From a virus, in IMG/VR virus record IMGVR_UViG_3300046559_000446, positions 32,001 through 96,000 of that record: a DNA stretch of 64,000 nucleotides; one strand, 5' to 3'. Positions 8,756 through 19,146 of this stretch are shown one piece after another. Position 1 is the first letter of the stretch, and every line of letters begins with the position of its first letter. The position numbers and the translations under genes are program-made. The notes under the pieces were generated by a model. That model was given only the letters and a program-made list of their open reading frames with translations. It was not told the DNA's origin and made no database searches.

Positions 8756-9427
8756 ATGCGGCCAATTGTCGTCACTGCTGCGCCGCTTGCTGCGCTCGTT
8801 ACGAACGGCATCTGCCTGTCGCAGACGCCGACGGCTGGTCCGCTGGCCCTGAATGGATCGCTGGTCGTCAATGGCGTTGTTGTTCTCGATCAGGCGCGCC
8901 AGATCGCCTTTGCCTCCACGGGCAACAATTCGAACACCACCTTCACGATCACCGGCACCGACGCCTTTGGCGCGACCCAAAGCGAAAGCCTTGTCGGCGG
9001 CAATATCGCCACGATCGTCACCACCAAAAACTACAAGACCGTGACTTCGATCACCAGTTCGGCAGCGAGCGTGGCGGGCTTGACCGTCGGCACCAACTCC
9101 AGCCCGGCGGTCACCTCGTCGCAATGGGTGCGCTTCGACGATTCCGGCAACCCCGGCGTTTCGATCCAGATCAGTTCGGCTGGAGCATCGAACATCACGG
9201 TCCAGCAAACCCTGGATGATCCCAACAGCCCGACCAATCCGGTTCTGCCGGCCAACGTAATTTGGGCGCCGCATCCCGACGCCACGCTGGTCGCTGCCGC
9301 TATGATCAATGGCGCGGTGCTGCAGGGCAATTACGCTTACAAGCCGGTCTTCGCGCGCGTCCTGCTCAACAGCGGCGTCGGAACGGCGACGGCCACCTTC
9401 ATCCAGTCGGGCGGGGCCGATTACTGA
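8756..9427 (+). CDS. Virion structural protein (beta-rich)
   Basis: 223-aa Thr/Ser/Gly-rich ORF in the structural operon. Confidence 0.7.
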   Translation: MRPIVVTAAPLAALVTNGICLSQTPTAGPLALNGSLVVNGVVVLDQARQIAFASTGNNSNTTFTITGTDAFGATQSESLVGGNIATIVTTKNYKTVTSITSSAASVAGLTVGTNSSPAVTSSQWVRFDDSGNPGVSIQISSAGASNITVQQTLDDPNSPTNPVLPANVIWAPHPDATLVAAAMINGAVLQGNYAYKPVFARVLLNSGVGTATATFIQSGGADY

Positions 9428-9813
9428 TGCCTCCCCCCGGCCTATCAAATGGCCACAACAAGCTGGCCTCGCATCCCGGCCTCACTGGCACTACGGGCCT
9501 CGGAGCGAGTGGCGGGTTCTCAGGGTTGATGGCGCCTCTCCTCCTCGATGAAACTCTGACCGTCGAACTTCCAGTCTTCACCAACCAGAAGATCGGCCAG
9601 GCGCGGAACTGGGGCGATGCCGCCGACAAGTTTGACATTGTTTCGATCGTGCCGCCCGTCGCTGGCGAATATTTCAGCATTAATAAAGCGGGCGAGCTTC
9701 ACGTTACGCGCCTCGGCGTTTTGCACATCCGCAGGCGCGAGTATCTCTTGACGGTCGAAGCTGATAATGTCGTCGGGTCAGGGCGCGCAGTCATCACGAT
9801 CAAAGTGGTGTAG
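9427..9813 (+). CDS. Small protein with C-terminal cadherin/Ig-like domain
   Basis: TGATG coupling; PVFTNQ...YFSINKAGELHV...EYLLTVEADN...AVITIKVV matches the cadherin-like strand pattern. Confidence 0.55.
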   Translation: MPPPGLSNGHNKLASHPGLTGTTGLGASGGFSGLMAPLLLDETLTVELPVFTNQKIGQARNWGDAADKFDIVSIVPPVAGEYFSINKAGELHVTRLGVLHIRRREYLLTVEADNVVGSGRAVITIKVV

Positions 9814-9836
9814 CTGCCCCATCGTAGGGGGTTCGC

Positions 9837-10520
9837 ATGACTTACGGCGACAAATATAGCTTTGCTTTGGGCCTTAGCGACGTCACCCTCTATGCGTTTG
9901 GTTTGTGCGGCATCAGGCGCACCGCAGTCCTCCAGGAACACATGGCCGACGCCTACATCGCGGCCAATCTTCTTCTGGCCGACTGGTCGACCAAGGGCGT
10001 CAATCTCTGGCAGGTTTCCCAGATCTCGATCATCTTGAGCAAGGGCGCCGGGGTCTATGACGTTCCGCTTGAAGCGATCGTCATGCTCGACACCTTCGTG
10101 ACGGTCGACGGCAGGGACCGCATCATGCTGCCGATCAGCCGCACCGAATATGCGAGCTACCCCAACAAGGACCAGCCTGGCGTCCCGACCACCTTCTGGA
10201 TGGATCGCCAGCTTCCAGGACGCGGCAGTCTCAGCATCTGGCCAGTGCCGGATCGCGACGGCTACACCCTGACCTATCACTATCTGACGCAGGCGCTGAA
10301 CTCAGAATTTCTCAACGACCAGCAGCCGCCGGTCCCGCCAGAATGGCTCTACGCCTTCGCCACCGGCCTGGCCGAGAAGCTGGCGATGTCATGGGCGCCA
10401 GAGCGCCTGGCCTTCCTTTCGCCCATTGCCGAAAAGGCCTATGATACCGCCTCGCGCAGCGGCGTGGAGACGGCGACCCAGTACATCAGCCCGCAGATCG
10501 GCGGTTACTTCAGGAATTGA
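9837..10520 (+). CDS. Head-tail adaptor / tail tubular protein A-like
   Basis: NLLLADWSTKGVNLW, IWPVPD and ALAxKLA-type motifs of podophage adaptor proteins. Confidence 0.65.
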   Translation: MTYGDKYSFALGLSDVTLYAFGLCGIRRTAVLQEHMADAYIAANLLLADWSTKGVNLWQVSQISIILSKGAGVYDVPLEAIVMLDTFVTVDGRDRIMLPISRTEYASYPNKDQPGVPTTFWMDRQLPGRGSLSIWPVPDRDGYTLTYHYLTQALNSEFLNDQQPPVPPEWLYAFATGLAEKLAMSWAPERLAFLSPIAEKAYDTASRSGVETATQYISPQIGGYFRN

Positions 10521-10530
10521 GGAGTGAGCC

Positions 10531-11097
10531 GTGGGCTACGCATCGAAGCTCGGCAGAGCGAGGATTAACTCCCGCAATCCGCAGGCGGCGGCGGTGTGCG
10601 ATCGATGCGGCTTCGTCTTCAATCATGTCGATCTTCAGTGGCAGTTTGACTATGCCGGCGCTTCGATGATCAACAAGCGCATCCTCATTTGCAACAGTTG
10701 CCTCGATACGCCACAGCAGCAGCTTCGCGCGATCGTCCTCCCTGCCGATCCGATGCCGATCATTAATCCGCGTCCGCAGGAATATCACGTAGCAGAGGCG
10801 AATGTGCGCGTGACGACCAATCGCTACGTGCCAGACGGCAAGACCGGCATCCCGGTTCCGGATCTCAATCCGCCGCCCACGGCGGACGGTCAGCCCACCC
10901 AGCCGGCGGGGACGACGCGCATCACGCAGGTTGAAGACACTCGCGTCACGCAGCAGACCGGCGTACCGGCGGGAAGCCGCAATCAGCAAGCGGGCTATGA
11001 TCCGAATGCTCCTGGCGCTGACAAGCCGGGCCTGCCTTATGACAATGATCCGCCGCCACCGCCGATGCATGTTCCAGACACGGGGCCGCTCAAATAA
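10531..11097 (+). CDS. Zn-finger protein (CDRCG...CNSC) of the tail module
   Basis: GTG start with GAGGAG RBS; two CxxC pairs. Confidence 0.75.
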   Translation: MGYASKLGRARINSRNPQAAAVCDRCGFVFNHVDLQWQFDYAGASMINKRILICNSCLDTPQQQLRAIVLPADPMPIINPRPQEYHVAEANVRVTTNRYVPDGKTGIPVPDLNPPPTADGQPTQPAGTTRITQVEDTRVTQQTGVPAGSRNQQAGYDPNAPGADKPGLPYDNDPPPPPMHVPDTGPLK

Positions 11098-13346
11098 TGG
11101 CAAACGTCCAGATCACGGGACTTCCCGCCACCCTCGCGCTTTCCGGCAATGAGACGGTGGAGATTGTGCAGGGCGGCGTCTCGATGAGCGCCACCACCAA
11201 GCAGATGGCTGCGCTGGCCGTTCCAGGTCCGATAGGGCCGACGGGGCTGAAGGGCGACAAAGGCGACAAGGGCGACACGGGCAACACCGGCCCGCAAGGC
11301 AATCAAGGCATCCAGGGCGTACCTGGCGCCGCTGGCAACGCCGGCGGCACGGACGGCCAGATCCAGTACAACAATGCCGGCCAGTTCAACGGCATGGTGG
11401 TCAGCGGCGACGGCTCATTGACCCGCGCCAGCCTCGGCGCTTTCACGCTGACCATCACCAAAACCAACAATGTGCCGTTCGGCCCCTATGCTACGGCGAC
11501 GTCGCTTCCCCTGTTCACCAGCAGCGCCGCTGGCGCGGTCCCCGCGTCTGGCGGCGGCGCGACCAAGTTCTTGTGCGCGAACGCCACCTGGGTCGTGCCC
11601 GTGCCGGGCGCCGCCGGATCGAACGGCGACATCCAGATTAACAACGGCGGGGCGCTGGGCGCTGTGACGCCGAATGGCGCCGGCGCTCCGCTCGGCACCA
11701 CGGGCGCAGTCAACGCCGTCTTCACGGGGGCGATCACTATTTCGGGCCTGCCCAGCGCAGGATCGGCGCTATTCCTCAACAAAGCCCAGGGCAATGGCAA
11801 CAGCATAGTCGGCCAGGTGGCGGGAAGCTATCGCTGGCTCGCCCTTCTTGGCGATTCCGCAACCGAAACTGGCGGCGGCGCGGGGTCTAACTTTAGCCTG
11901 AACACCTACGGTGACGGTGGCGCTTACATTGGAACGCCGTTCGCGGTCAATCGCGTGTCTGGCTACGTGACGATCAATGGCAATGGCGCGGCTAGTCCTG
12001 GTGTGCCAACCGGGGCGTTTGGTCACGCTTCGCTCAACATCAACAAAAATGGATCCGGCAAAGTCGCCAACATTATCGGCTTGAACAATGGTTCGCCGCG
12101 CTGGGAGATTGACCTTGGCAGCACTGGGACAGAAAATGGCAGCAACGCCGGCTCTGATTTTTATGTGCATAGATTTAACGATGCTGGCGCCTATTTGGAC
12201 TCCCCGTTCTCCATTAACCGCGCCAGTGGCGCTGTCACCTATTCGCAGCCAGTCAACTCGCCACTTGGGTTTACCGTTGGCTTAGGCACGGCGGTTCATG
12301 GTGATTCGATAGAAGTCGGCAGGCCAGGGCAAAACGCGGGGGCTTACCTCGACTTCCACTCCAGCGTGAACAACAACGATTACGACGCCCGCATCATCGC
12401 CACCGGAGGCGCGGCGGCGGTGGGCGGCGCTACGTTGGCGGTGGTCGCCGCAGCGTTTAACGTCTCTGGCAATGGATATTTTGGCGGTATTCTGAGCAGC
12501 GGCCCGATGTATATGAATGGCGCAGCTTTTAACTGGTACACGGGCGTTCAAGCAAATTATTTCTCTTTGTCTGATAGCGCAGGCAACGGCGGGCAGTATC
12601 GCGATATTAATTTCAGGGGTGTGGATAGCGCCAATACTGTTGCCGTAAACATGAACGCATTCAATGTGTATGCCAATTCAGCTAATTTCTCCAACACCAT
12701 TACTGCTGGCGGCACCATATCCGGCGGAAACCTCACGACGCCCAACACGGTGCAGGGAGGCTATGTGACCTCGACCGGAACCGTGAACGGGCTGACCGTT
12801 CAGGGAACCTACCTGTATTCGTCTGGAAATGTGGCAGGCGCTGGCACTATTGACGGCGCTCAAGGCACTGTTGGTCGACAGGGAGCAGGCGGCGCCGCTG
12901 GGCAAGCCATCTGCCTTTTCTGGGATGGCGCTCACTTGGCTAATTATGTCGGCGGGACGTTCGTCGGCTACACCCAGTATATTTCCGACTATCGCTTCAA
13001 GCGGAACGTCGCGCCGTTGCTATCGGTGTGGGATCGCGTCAAGGCGCTGAACCCGGTCAAATACAACCTCAAGGACTTTTCGCCGGAAGGCTTCAAAAGC
13101 ACATTGGAGGGCGATGACGGTCCATTAGTCGTCGGTGACACGAAAGAGCGTTGGGGTTTCCTCGCGCACGAGCTTCAAGCGGTGCTGATCGAAGACGCGG
13201 CGAGCGGCCTCAAGGATATCCCTAACCACATTCAGACGCCCAACCCGTGGACAGTGATTGCGGCGTTGACCAAGACGTTGCAAGAAGCTATGGCGCGCAT
13301 CGAGGAGCAGGACGCTCGCATCAGGATCCTGGAGGCCAGGGCATGA
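11097..13346 (+). CDS. Tail fibre 1 with collagen-like stretch and C-terminal intramolecular chaperone (peptidase S74)
   Basis: GXY triplets near the N-terminus; SDYRFKRNV...GFLAHELQ...coiled-coil end. Confidence 0.85.
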   Translation: MANVQITGLPATLALSGNETVEIVQGGVSMSATTKQMAALAVPGPIGPTGLKGDKGDKGDTGNTGPQGNQGIQGVPGAAGNAGGTDGQIQYNNAGQFNGMVVSGDGSLTRASLGAFTLTITKTNNVPFGPYATATSLPLFTSSAAGAVPASGGGATKFLCANATWVVPVPGAAGSNGDIQINNGGALGAVTPNGAGAPLGTTGAVNAVFTGAITISGLPSAGSALFLNKAQGNGNSIVGQVAGSYRWLALLGDSATETGGGAGSNFSLNTYGDGGAYIGTPFAVNRVSGYVTINGNGAASPGVPTGAFGHASLNINKNGSGKVANIIGLNNGSPRWEIDLGSTGTENGSNAGSDFYVHRFNDAGAYLDSPFSINRASGAVTYSQPVNSPLGFTVGLGTAVHGDSIEVGRPGQNAGAYLDFHSSVNNNDYDARIIATGGAAAVGGATLAVVAAAFNVSGNGYFGGILSSGPMYMNGAAFNWYTGVQANYFSLSDSAGNGGQYRDINFRGVDSANTVAVNMNAFNVYANSANFSNTITAGGTISGGNLTTPNTVQGGYVTSTGTVNGLTVQGTYLYSSGNVAGAGTIDGAQGTVGRQGAGGAAGQAICLFWDGAHLANYVGGTFVGYTQYISDYRFKRNVAPLLSVWDRVKALNPVKYNLKDFSPEGFKSTLEGDDGPLVVGDTKERWGFLAHELQAVLIEDAASGLKDIPNHIQTPNPWTVIAALTKTLQEAMARIEEQDARIRILEARA

Positions 13347-14050
13347 GCGCCGCAGACATTCTCAACCTTCCCGTCGCCATTGGTCTTTCGGGCGAGGAGT
13401 ACATCGAGGTCGTCCAGGGCGGAACGCTCCATCGCGCCACGGTCAAGCATTTCAGCAAGCGGCTGCTGGAAGGATCGATTCCCAATGGCGTCCTCGCGCT
13501 GGATGGCCGCGAGGGGCCGCCGGGAGGCGCGGGTCCGCCTGGCCCGCCAGGGCCTGATGGTCCGCCTGGCCCGCCGGGGCCACGGGGAGGGCAGGGTGAG
13601 CCTGGTCCGTTCGGGCCGACCTTCACGCCGGCGTCTGGCGCGGTCATCCGCTCGTGGTCCGTCTATGACAGCAACCAGCATGTGATCAAAGAACGCTACA
13701 TGCTGGGCGGTGATTTTCAGAAGAAGAATTTCTACCCGCAACTGATGCTCGCGCCCGCCGTGTCGGCGCTCGGCAATCGGCTGCGGCTGCGGGCCAAGAT
13801 CTGGTGCGTGGGCACGGACAGCGATTGCGCGATCAATGGCGGCATGTTTCTGAACGGCGAGAAGGCGGTGAGCGTCGCGCATGCTCTTGCCGACGCGCCG
13901 CTGCTGTTCGACTGTGAGATCACTCCGACCGTTCTGACGGCGCAGATGTTCTCCTTTTGTGTTGGCGCGGCTCTTGCCAACGCTGATTGCATCATCAACA
14001 TGCCTCGGCTGGTTCAGAGTTGCCTCGTCATCGAGGAGATCCAAGCGTGA
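13343..14050 (+). CDS. Collagen-like minor tail protein
   Basis: ATGA coupling; GPP repeats; N-terminus LPVAIGLSGEEYIEVVQGG shared with both fibres. Confidence 0.7.
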   Translation: MSAADILNLPVAIGLSGEEYIEVVQGGTLHRATVKHFSKRLLEGSIPNGVLALDGREGPPGGAGPPGPPGPDGPPGPPGPRGGQGEPGPFGPTFTPASGAVIRSWSVYDSNQHVIKERYMLGGDFQKKNFYPQLMLAPAVSALGNRLRLRAKIWCVGTDSDCAINGGMFLNGEKAVSVAHALADAPLLFDCEITPTVLTAQMFSFCVGAALANADCIINMPRLVQSCLVIEEIQA

Positions 14051-17000
14051 GTAATGTCCAGATCCCGAACTTGCCTGCCGCCGGCGCTTTGATTGGCACG
14101 GAGCAAATGGAGCTTGTGCAGGCCGGCGTCTCGGTGCGCGCCACGGTGTCGCAGCTTATTGAAGACGCTCACGTTCCGTTGCCAGCTACCAACCTGCCGC
14201 TGATGAACGGCGGCGCGTCGGTGGGCGCCGAGCAGACCTACTCGCGCGGTGATCACATCCATCCGACCGACACCACGCGCTATGCCGTATCGAATCCGGC
14301 GGGTTACCAGACGGCGGCGCAAGTCACGGCTGCGCTGGGGCCTTACGCTCTGATTGACAGCCAGGCGTTTACTGGAACGCCTTCGATGCCGACTGGCGCT
14401 ACGGGCGTTACGCAGACGGCGGCTGATAGCTCGACCAAACTGGCGACCACGGCTTTCGTCAAGGCCCAGGGCTACGCGCCGACGGCGTCCCTGGGAACGA
14501 TGTCCACTCAGAACGCCAACGCGGTGGCGATCACCGGCGGCGCTATCAATGGGACGACCGTCGGAGCCACCACGCCCAGCACCGGCGCATTCACCAATCT
14601 GTCGGCGTCAGGTACGGTTTCCGGCGCCGGCTTTACTGCGTTGCTGGCTCCTTATGCGACGACGGCGTCCCTGGGGACGATGTCCACCCAGAACGCCAAT
14701 GCAGTGGCGATCACCGGCGGCGCAATCAACAGCACGACCGTCGGCGCGACCACGGCGAGCACGGGCGCTTTCACCACACTGAGCGCCTCTGGCGTGGTGT
14801 CGGGTGCTGGATTCACCACGCTGCTGAACCCCTATGCTTTGGTCAATTCACAGGTGTTTACTGGAACGCCGTCGCTGCCGACCGGCACGATTGGCGTGAC
14901 GCAGGCGGCGCTCAATAATTCGACCAAACTCGCCACCACGGCTTATGTCGATGGCGCGATCACGGTGTTGGGCCTCGGCACGATGGCCGCGCAGAACGCC
15001 AACGCGGTCGCGATCACGGGCGGCGCCATCAACAACACGGCGATTGGCGCGACGACGCGCAGCAGCGGCGCTTTCACCACGCTGGCGGCCAATGGCGCGG
15101 CGACCTTCACATCCTCGCTGACGGCTTCGCCGGCCAGCGCCAATGTCGTTCTTTCGCCAACCGGCACTGGCACGGTTACGATCAATCCGGCCACGCTCGG
15201 CCACGTCGACAATACGGCGATCGGCGCGACGACGGCGAGCACCGGCGCGTTCACCACGCTGGTCGCGACGTCGATCAACAGCACTCCCATTGGCGCGACG
15301 ACACCCAGCACCGGCGCTTTCACCACTTTGAGCGCCACCGGCACGGCGACCTTCACAGGCGCGCTGACGGCATCGCCTGCGAACTTGTCGGTCACGTTCT
15401 CGCCCACCGGCACTGGCACGGTCACCATCAATCCGGCGACGCTTGGCACGATCAACAATATGACGATCGGCGCCACCACGGCGGCGGCTGGCACTTTCAC
15501 CAATCTGACCGCGACCGGTACGGTGGGCGGCGCTGGTTTCACCACGCTGTTGACGCCTTACGCGCTGGTCAATTCGCAAGTCTTCACCGGGACGCCGTCG
15601 CTGCCGACCGGCACCATTGGCGTGACGCAGGCAGCGGCCACCAATAACACGACGCTGGCCACCACGGCCTATGTGAAGTCGCAGAACTATCTGACCGCCA
15701 ACCAGAGCATTGCGCTTACCGGCGACGTCACGGGTTCTGGGACCACATCGATCGCCTCGACGGTCGTCCAGCTTCAGGGCCGTCCGCTGTCGGCTTCTCT
15801 GCCCGCCAGCGGCAATCTGATGGGCTGGAACGGCACGACATGGGGGCCGGTTGCGGCTGGCGCGGCTGCGGCTGGCGGCACCGCCAATCAGATCCAGTAT
15901 AACAACGGCGGCGTCCTCGGCGGCCTCCCCACCACCGGCACTTTTGCTAGCAGCAATGTGGTGATGAGCATCGCGCCGACGCTCACCAATTCGCTCAATA
16001 TCACGGGCGCGGCGTCGAACGATTCCACGCTCGTGATGAACAAGTCGGCGTCCTTGCAGCAATGCCGGATTAATGCGCAGATGGGCGGCGTCTCTCGCTG
16101 GCAGATGATGCTTGGCGATACGACGGCGGAAGGCGGCAGCAACGCCGGTTCCGATTTTACCCTGTCCCGCTTTACCGATGCAGGCGGCGCGCTCGACAGC
16201 CCGCTCAAAATCATTCGCTCGACCGGCGTTGCGACTTTCACGCAGGCGTTGTTTTCAGCCAACCACACAATCACAGGCGCAGCGGGCAACAACGCCGCTG
16301 TGATCGTAAACAAGGCTGCGGCTGGGTTTTACAGCGGCATCGACGGACAGACTGCTGGGTCAAGGCGCTGGCTGATGATGCTCGGCAACGCCACGGCGGA
16401 AGGCGGTAGCAACGCCGGTTCAGATTTTATGATCAACCGGTATACTGATGCGGCTGGTTTTATTGACACGCCTTTGACGATCACGCGCTCAAGCGGCGAC
16501 GCCACATTTTCTGCTGGTCTTTACGTTCTCAATTCAGCAGTCACCGCCAAACAGATTGTGATCAATGGCGCGGCGCTCGGCAGCGTCGCGGGCAACATTC
16601 AAACTGTTTTTGGGGCAGGATCGACCACCACCAATGGAGAGCAACTGCGCATTGAGGTACAGCGCAAGTCGGCAGGCTCCGACTGGACGACTGCCGCTTG
16701 GCAGACTTATCGCATCGTCGATGGCTCTAAGATGGGTTACGTCGAATATGGCAGTCAGTCTGTCAAGCCGATAGCTTTCGGCACCGGCACAACCGAGCTT
16801 GCGTCGATCAGCAACACGGGCGTTTTCACAGCCGCGTCAACGCTTGTAGGCACAGGCGCTGTGTTAAATGCTCCAGCCGCCACCGATTCCGTGCTGTGGC
16901 TAAACAAACCGGCGTCTGGTCGAGCCAGCGCAGTTTATGGGCAGATGGCTGCAAGCAATCGCTGGGCGATGTCGCTTGGCGACACGGCGACTGAAAGCGG

Positions 17001-18339
17001 CAGCAATGTCGGGTGCAACTATGTGTTGTCCACCTTCACTGACGCTGGAGCTTTTTTAGGCAATCCGCTCACCGTCTTTCGTGCCAGCGGCTATATGTAT
17101 TTTAACGGCAACGGCGCGACGGCCATCCCGCAAAGCTATGAGACTGCGCCTTACGGCCACATGGCGCTGCGGATGAACAAGTCTGGGTCCACCAAGACGA
17201 ATGTCATATCCGGCCACCTTAATGGCGTAGTTCGATGGACCTTTGAGCTTGGTAATACGACTGCTGAAACCGGCACCGGAAATACGGGGTCTGATTTTTC
17301 GATTGGCCGCTACAGCGATGCTGGCGTTGGCCTTGACGCTCCTCTATCTATTGCTCGTTCAACCGGCTTTGCCACTTTCACAAAAACCTTAACCGTACAA
17401 AGTTTCGACAACTTAGGTCAGATTCGTCTCGTTGGTGGAAATTACGGCGCTGGCATACGCAATGATGGCGCAAGCTGTTACCTCTTGCAGACTGCGGTGA
17501 GCGATCAGTATGGGGCATTCAACAGCGCGCGTCCGTTTTCTTGGAACTTGTCCAACGGCACTGTGCAGATCGACGGCGGCGCTGCTGGAACTACATTTGG
17601 CGGCCCCATAACTACAACAGGTCAAATATTCACTAGCGGCGGCATAATAGGCGCCGGTATTTACGCTTCTGGCGGTCAGATGACCGTACAATCTAGCGGC
17701 GCGCCCGGCTTCATCAACCAGTGCGACAGTTCGGGCAACGGTGGGCAGTTCAGAAATTTAACGATACGCGGGCTTGATTCCGCCTATTCGGCACAAGTCA
17801 ATCTGAGCGCGATCACTGCTGCTTCTGCTCTTTTTACGTGCAACGGGGTAATAGACGCCATAAATGGTTTTCGGTGCCGCCTTGGCGCTCCTGGTGGCGC
17901 GCTGGGATCGAACGTGTTCAGCTATTATTGGAACACCGACAACCATCTCTACGGCTCCGTGGACTCCACCAATCTGGGCTGGATCGCGTGGTCTTCCGAT
18001 TATCGCATCAAGCGGGACATTGCGCCGCTGCCGTCGATGTGGGAACAAGTCAAGGCGCTGAAGCCAATCAGTTATTTTCATAAGGATTGGACGCCTGAAT
18101 GGGCGGCGTCGAAAGAAAACGGCGATGCGCCCGATCCACTGTTCAGGGACGACGGCGTAGAGAACTGGGGCTTCGTCGCGCACGAGCTTCAAGAGACGCT
18201 AATCCAGAGCGCGGCGACCGGCGTCAAAGATGAAGCCGGTCTGGTGCAGGCGCCCAACCCGTGGACGGTGATCGCAACGCTGACCAAGGCGCTGCAAGAG
18301 GCAATGGCGCGCATCGAGGCGCTGGAGGCAAGAGCATGA
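14047..18339 (+). CDS. Long tail fibre 2 with internal repeats and C-terminal peptidase S74 chaperone
   Basis: GTG start VSNVQIPNLP; AITGGAIN/GATTxSTGAFT repeats; SDYRIKRDI...GFVAHELQ. Confidence 0.85.
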   Translation: MSNVQIPNLPAAGALIGTEQMELVQAGVSVRATVSQLIEDAHVPLPATNLPLMNGGASVGAEQTYSRGDHIHPTDTTRYAVSNPAGYQTAAQVTAALGPYALIDSQAFTGTPSMPTGATGVTQTAADSSTKLATTAFVKAQGYAPTASLGTMSTQNANAVAITGGAINGTTVGATTPSTGAFTNLSASGTVSGAGFTALLAPYATTASLGTMSTQNANAVAITGGAINSTTVGATTASTGAFTTLSASGVVSGAGFTTLLNPYALVNSQVFTGTPSLPTGTIGVTQAALNNSTKLATTAYVDGAITVLGLGTMAAQNANAVAITGGAINNTAIGATTRSSGAFTTLAANGAATFTSSLTASPASANVVLSPTGTGTVTINPATLGHVDNTAIGATTASTGAFTTLVATSINSTPIGATTPSTGAFTTLSATGTATFTGALTASPANLSVTFSPTGTGTVTINPATLGTINNMTIGATTAAAGTFTNLTATGTVGGAGFTTLLTPYALVNSQVFTGTPSLPTGTIGVTQAAATNNTTLATTAYVKSQNYLTANQSIALTGDVTGSGTTSIASTVVQLQGRPLSASLPASGNLMGWNGTTWGPVAAGAAAAGGTANQIQYNNGGVLGGLPTTGTFASSNVVMSIAPTLTNSLNITGAASNDSTLVMNKSASLQQCRINAQMGGVSRWQMMLGDTTAEGGSNAGSDFTLSRFTDAGGALDSPLKIIRSTGVATFTQALFSANHTITGAAGNNAAVIVNKAAAGFYSGIDGQTAGSRRWLMMLGNATAEGGSNAGSDFMINRYTDAAGFIDTPLTITRSSGDATFSAGLYVLNSAVTAKQIVINGAALGSVAGNIQTVFGAGSTTTNGEQLRIEVQRKSAGSDWTTAAWQTYRIVDGSKMGYVEYGSQSVKPIAFGTGTTELASISNTGVFTAASTLVGTGAVLNAPAATDSVLWLNKPASGRASAVYGQMAASNRWAMSLGDTATESGSNVGCNYVLSTFTDAGAFLGNPLTVFRASGYMYFNGNGATAIPQSYETAPYGHMALRMNKSGSTKTNVISGHLNGVVRWTFELGNTTAETGTGNTGSDFSIGRYSDAGVGLDAPLSIARSTGFATFTKTLTVQSFDNLGQIRLVGGNYGAGIRNDGASCYLLQTAVSDQYGAFNSARPFSWNLSNGTVQIDGGAAGTTFGGPITTTGQIFTSGGIIGAGIYASGGQMTVQSSGAPGFINQCDSSGNGGQFRNLTIRGLDSAYSAQVNLSAITAASALFTCNGVIDAINGFRCRLGAPGGALGSNVFSYYWNTDNHLYGSVDSTNLGWIAWSSDYRIKRDIAPLPSMWEQVKALKPISYFHKDWTPEWAASKENGDAPDPLFRDDGVENWGFVAHELQETLIQSAATGVKDEAGLVQAPNPWTVIATLTKALQEAMARIEALEARA
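14470..15700 (+). repeat. Degenerate coding repeats in the fibre 2 shaft (LGTMxxQNANAVAITGGAIN, GATTxSTGAFTTL, YALVNSQVFTGTPSLPTG)
   Basis: Three or more recognisable copies of each block in the protein and the DNA; boundaries approximate. Confidence 0.8.
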
Positions 18340-18941
18340 CAATTGACAGAGAGTTTTTCTTCAACACCGTCCGCGACGAACTGTTCAGCGGCGGGATGGC
18401 GCAATCCCAGGTGGACGGCATGAACAATCTGCTCAACATTTGGGAGGCCGACTATGCCGCCGCCAATCCGCGCGACGGCAAGATGTGGCTGTCCTACGGG
18501 CTGGCGACCGTTTACCACGAGAGCGCGCAGACCATGCAGCCGATCGAGGAGTACGGCAAGGGCGAGGGCCACAGCTATGCCGACCCGGATGGTCCCTATG
18601 GCGAGTCTTATTACGGGCGCGGCCACGTTCAGTTGACGTGGTTCGAAAACTACGAGAAGGGCGAAAAGGTCTTCAAGGAAAAGTTCGATCGCAATGTCCC
18701 GATGGTCAAATATCCGCATCGCATGCTGGAGGAGGAAACCTCGGCGGTGATCCTGTTCGAAGGCATGATTGATGGCTGGTTCACCGGCGTCGGCCTGCCC
18801 GACTTCTTCAGCGCCGAAGAGGGCGAGGAAGATCCCTACAACGCCCGCAAGATCATCAACGGCCTCGACAAAGCTTCGACCATCGAGGGCTATTATTGGC
18901 AGTTCAAAGGCGCAATTCGAGATGCGGAAAGCAGTGTTTAA
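18336..18941 (+). CDS. Endolysin, glycoside hydrolase family 19
   Basis: LATVYHES...YYGRGHVQLTW.ENY...ARKIING GH19 motifs; start moved to ATG 18336. Confidence 0.85.
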   Translation: MTIDREFFFNTVRDELFSGGMAQSQVDGMNNLLNIWEADYAAANPRDGKMWLSYGLATVYHESAQTMQPIEEYGKGEGHSYADPDGPYGESYYGRGHVQLTWFENYEKGEKVFKEKFDRNVPMVKYPHRMLEEETSAVILFEGMIDGWFTGVGLPDFFSAEEGEEDPYNARKIINGLDKASTIEGYYWQFKGAIRDAESSV

Positions 18942-19146
18942 TGGATCGGTCATCGTCGCCGTCCTGACTGCCGCAGCCAACGGCTCCATCGAGTGGCCGG
19001 GGGTTCTCGTCACGCCTGAACATATCGTGCAGATCCAGAAGGTGCTGTTCGCCGCCTTGAGCGTCTGGGCGGTTGCATTGCCTTTTATCTTGAAGGCGAG
19101 CAATGCTATTGATGATGCTGCCGCTCGAAAGGAGCCGCCGCTATGA
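18922..19146 (+). CDS. Putative holin
   Basis: 74 aa with two hydrophobic segments and a charged C-terminus; overlaps the end of the endolysin gene. Confidence 0.5.
   Translation: MRKAVFNGSVIVAVLTAAANGSIEWPGVLVTPEHIVQIQKVLFAALSVWAVALPFILKASNAIDDAAARKEPPL

Noticed and set aside
12980-18339. Similar C-termini of the two tail fibres considered as DGR template/variable repeats
   Set aside because: No reverse transcriptase in the window, both copies are coding, and the differences are not adenine-specific
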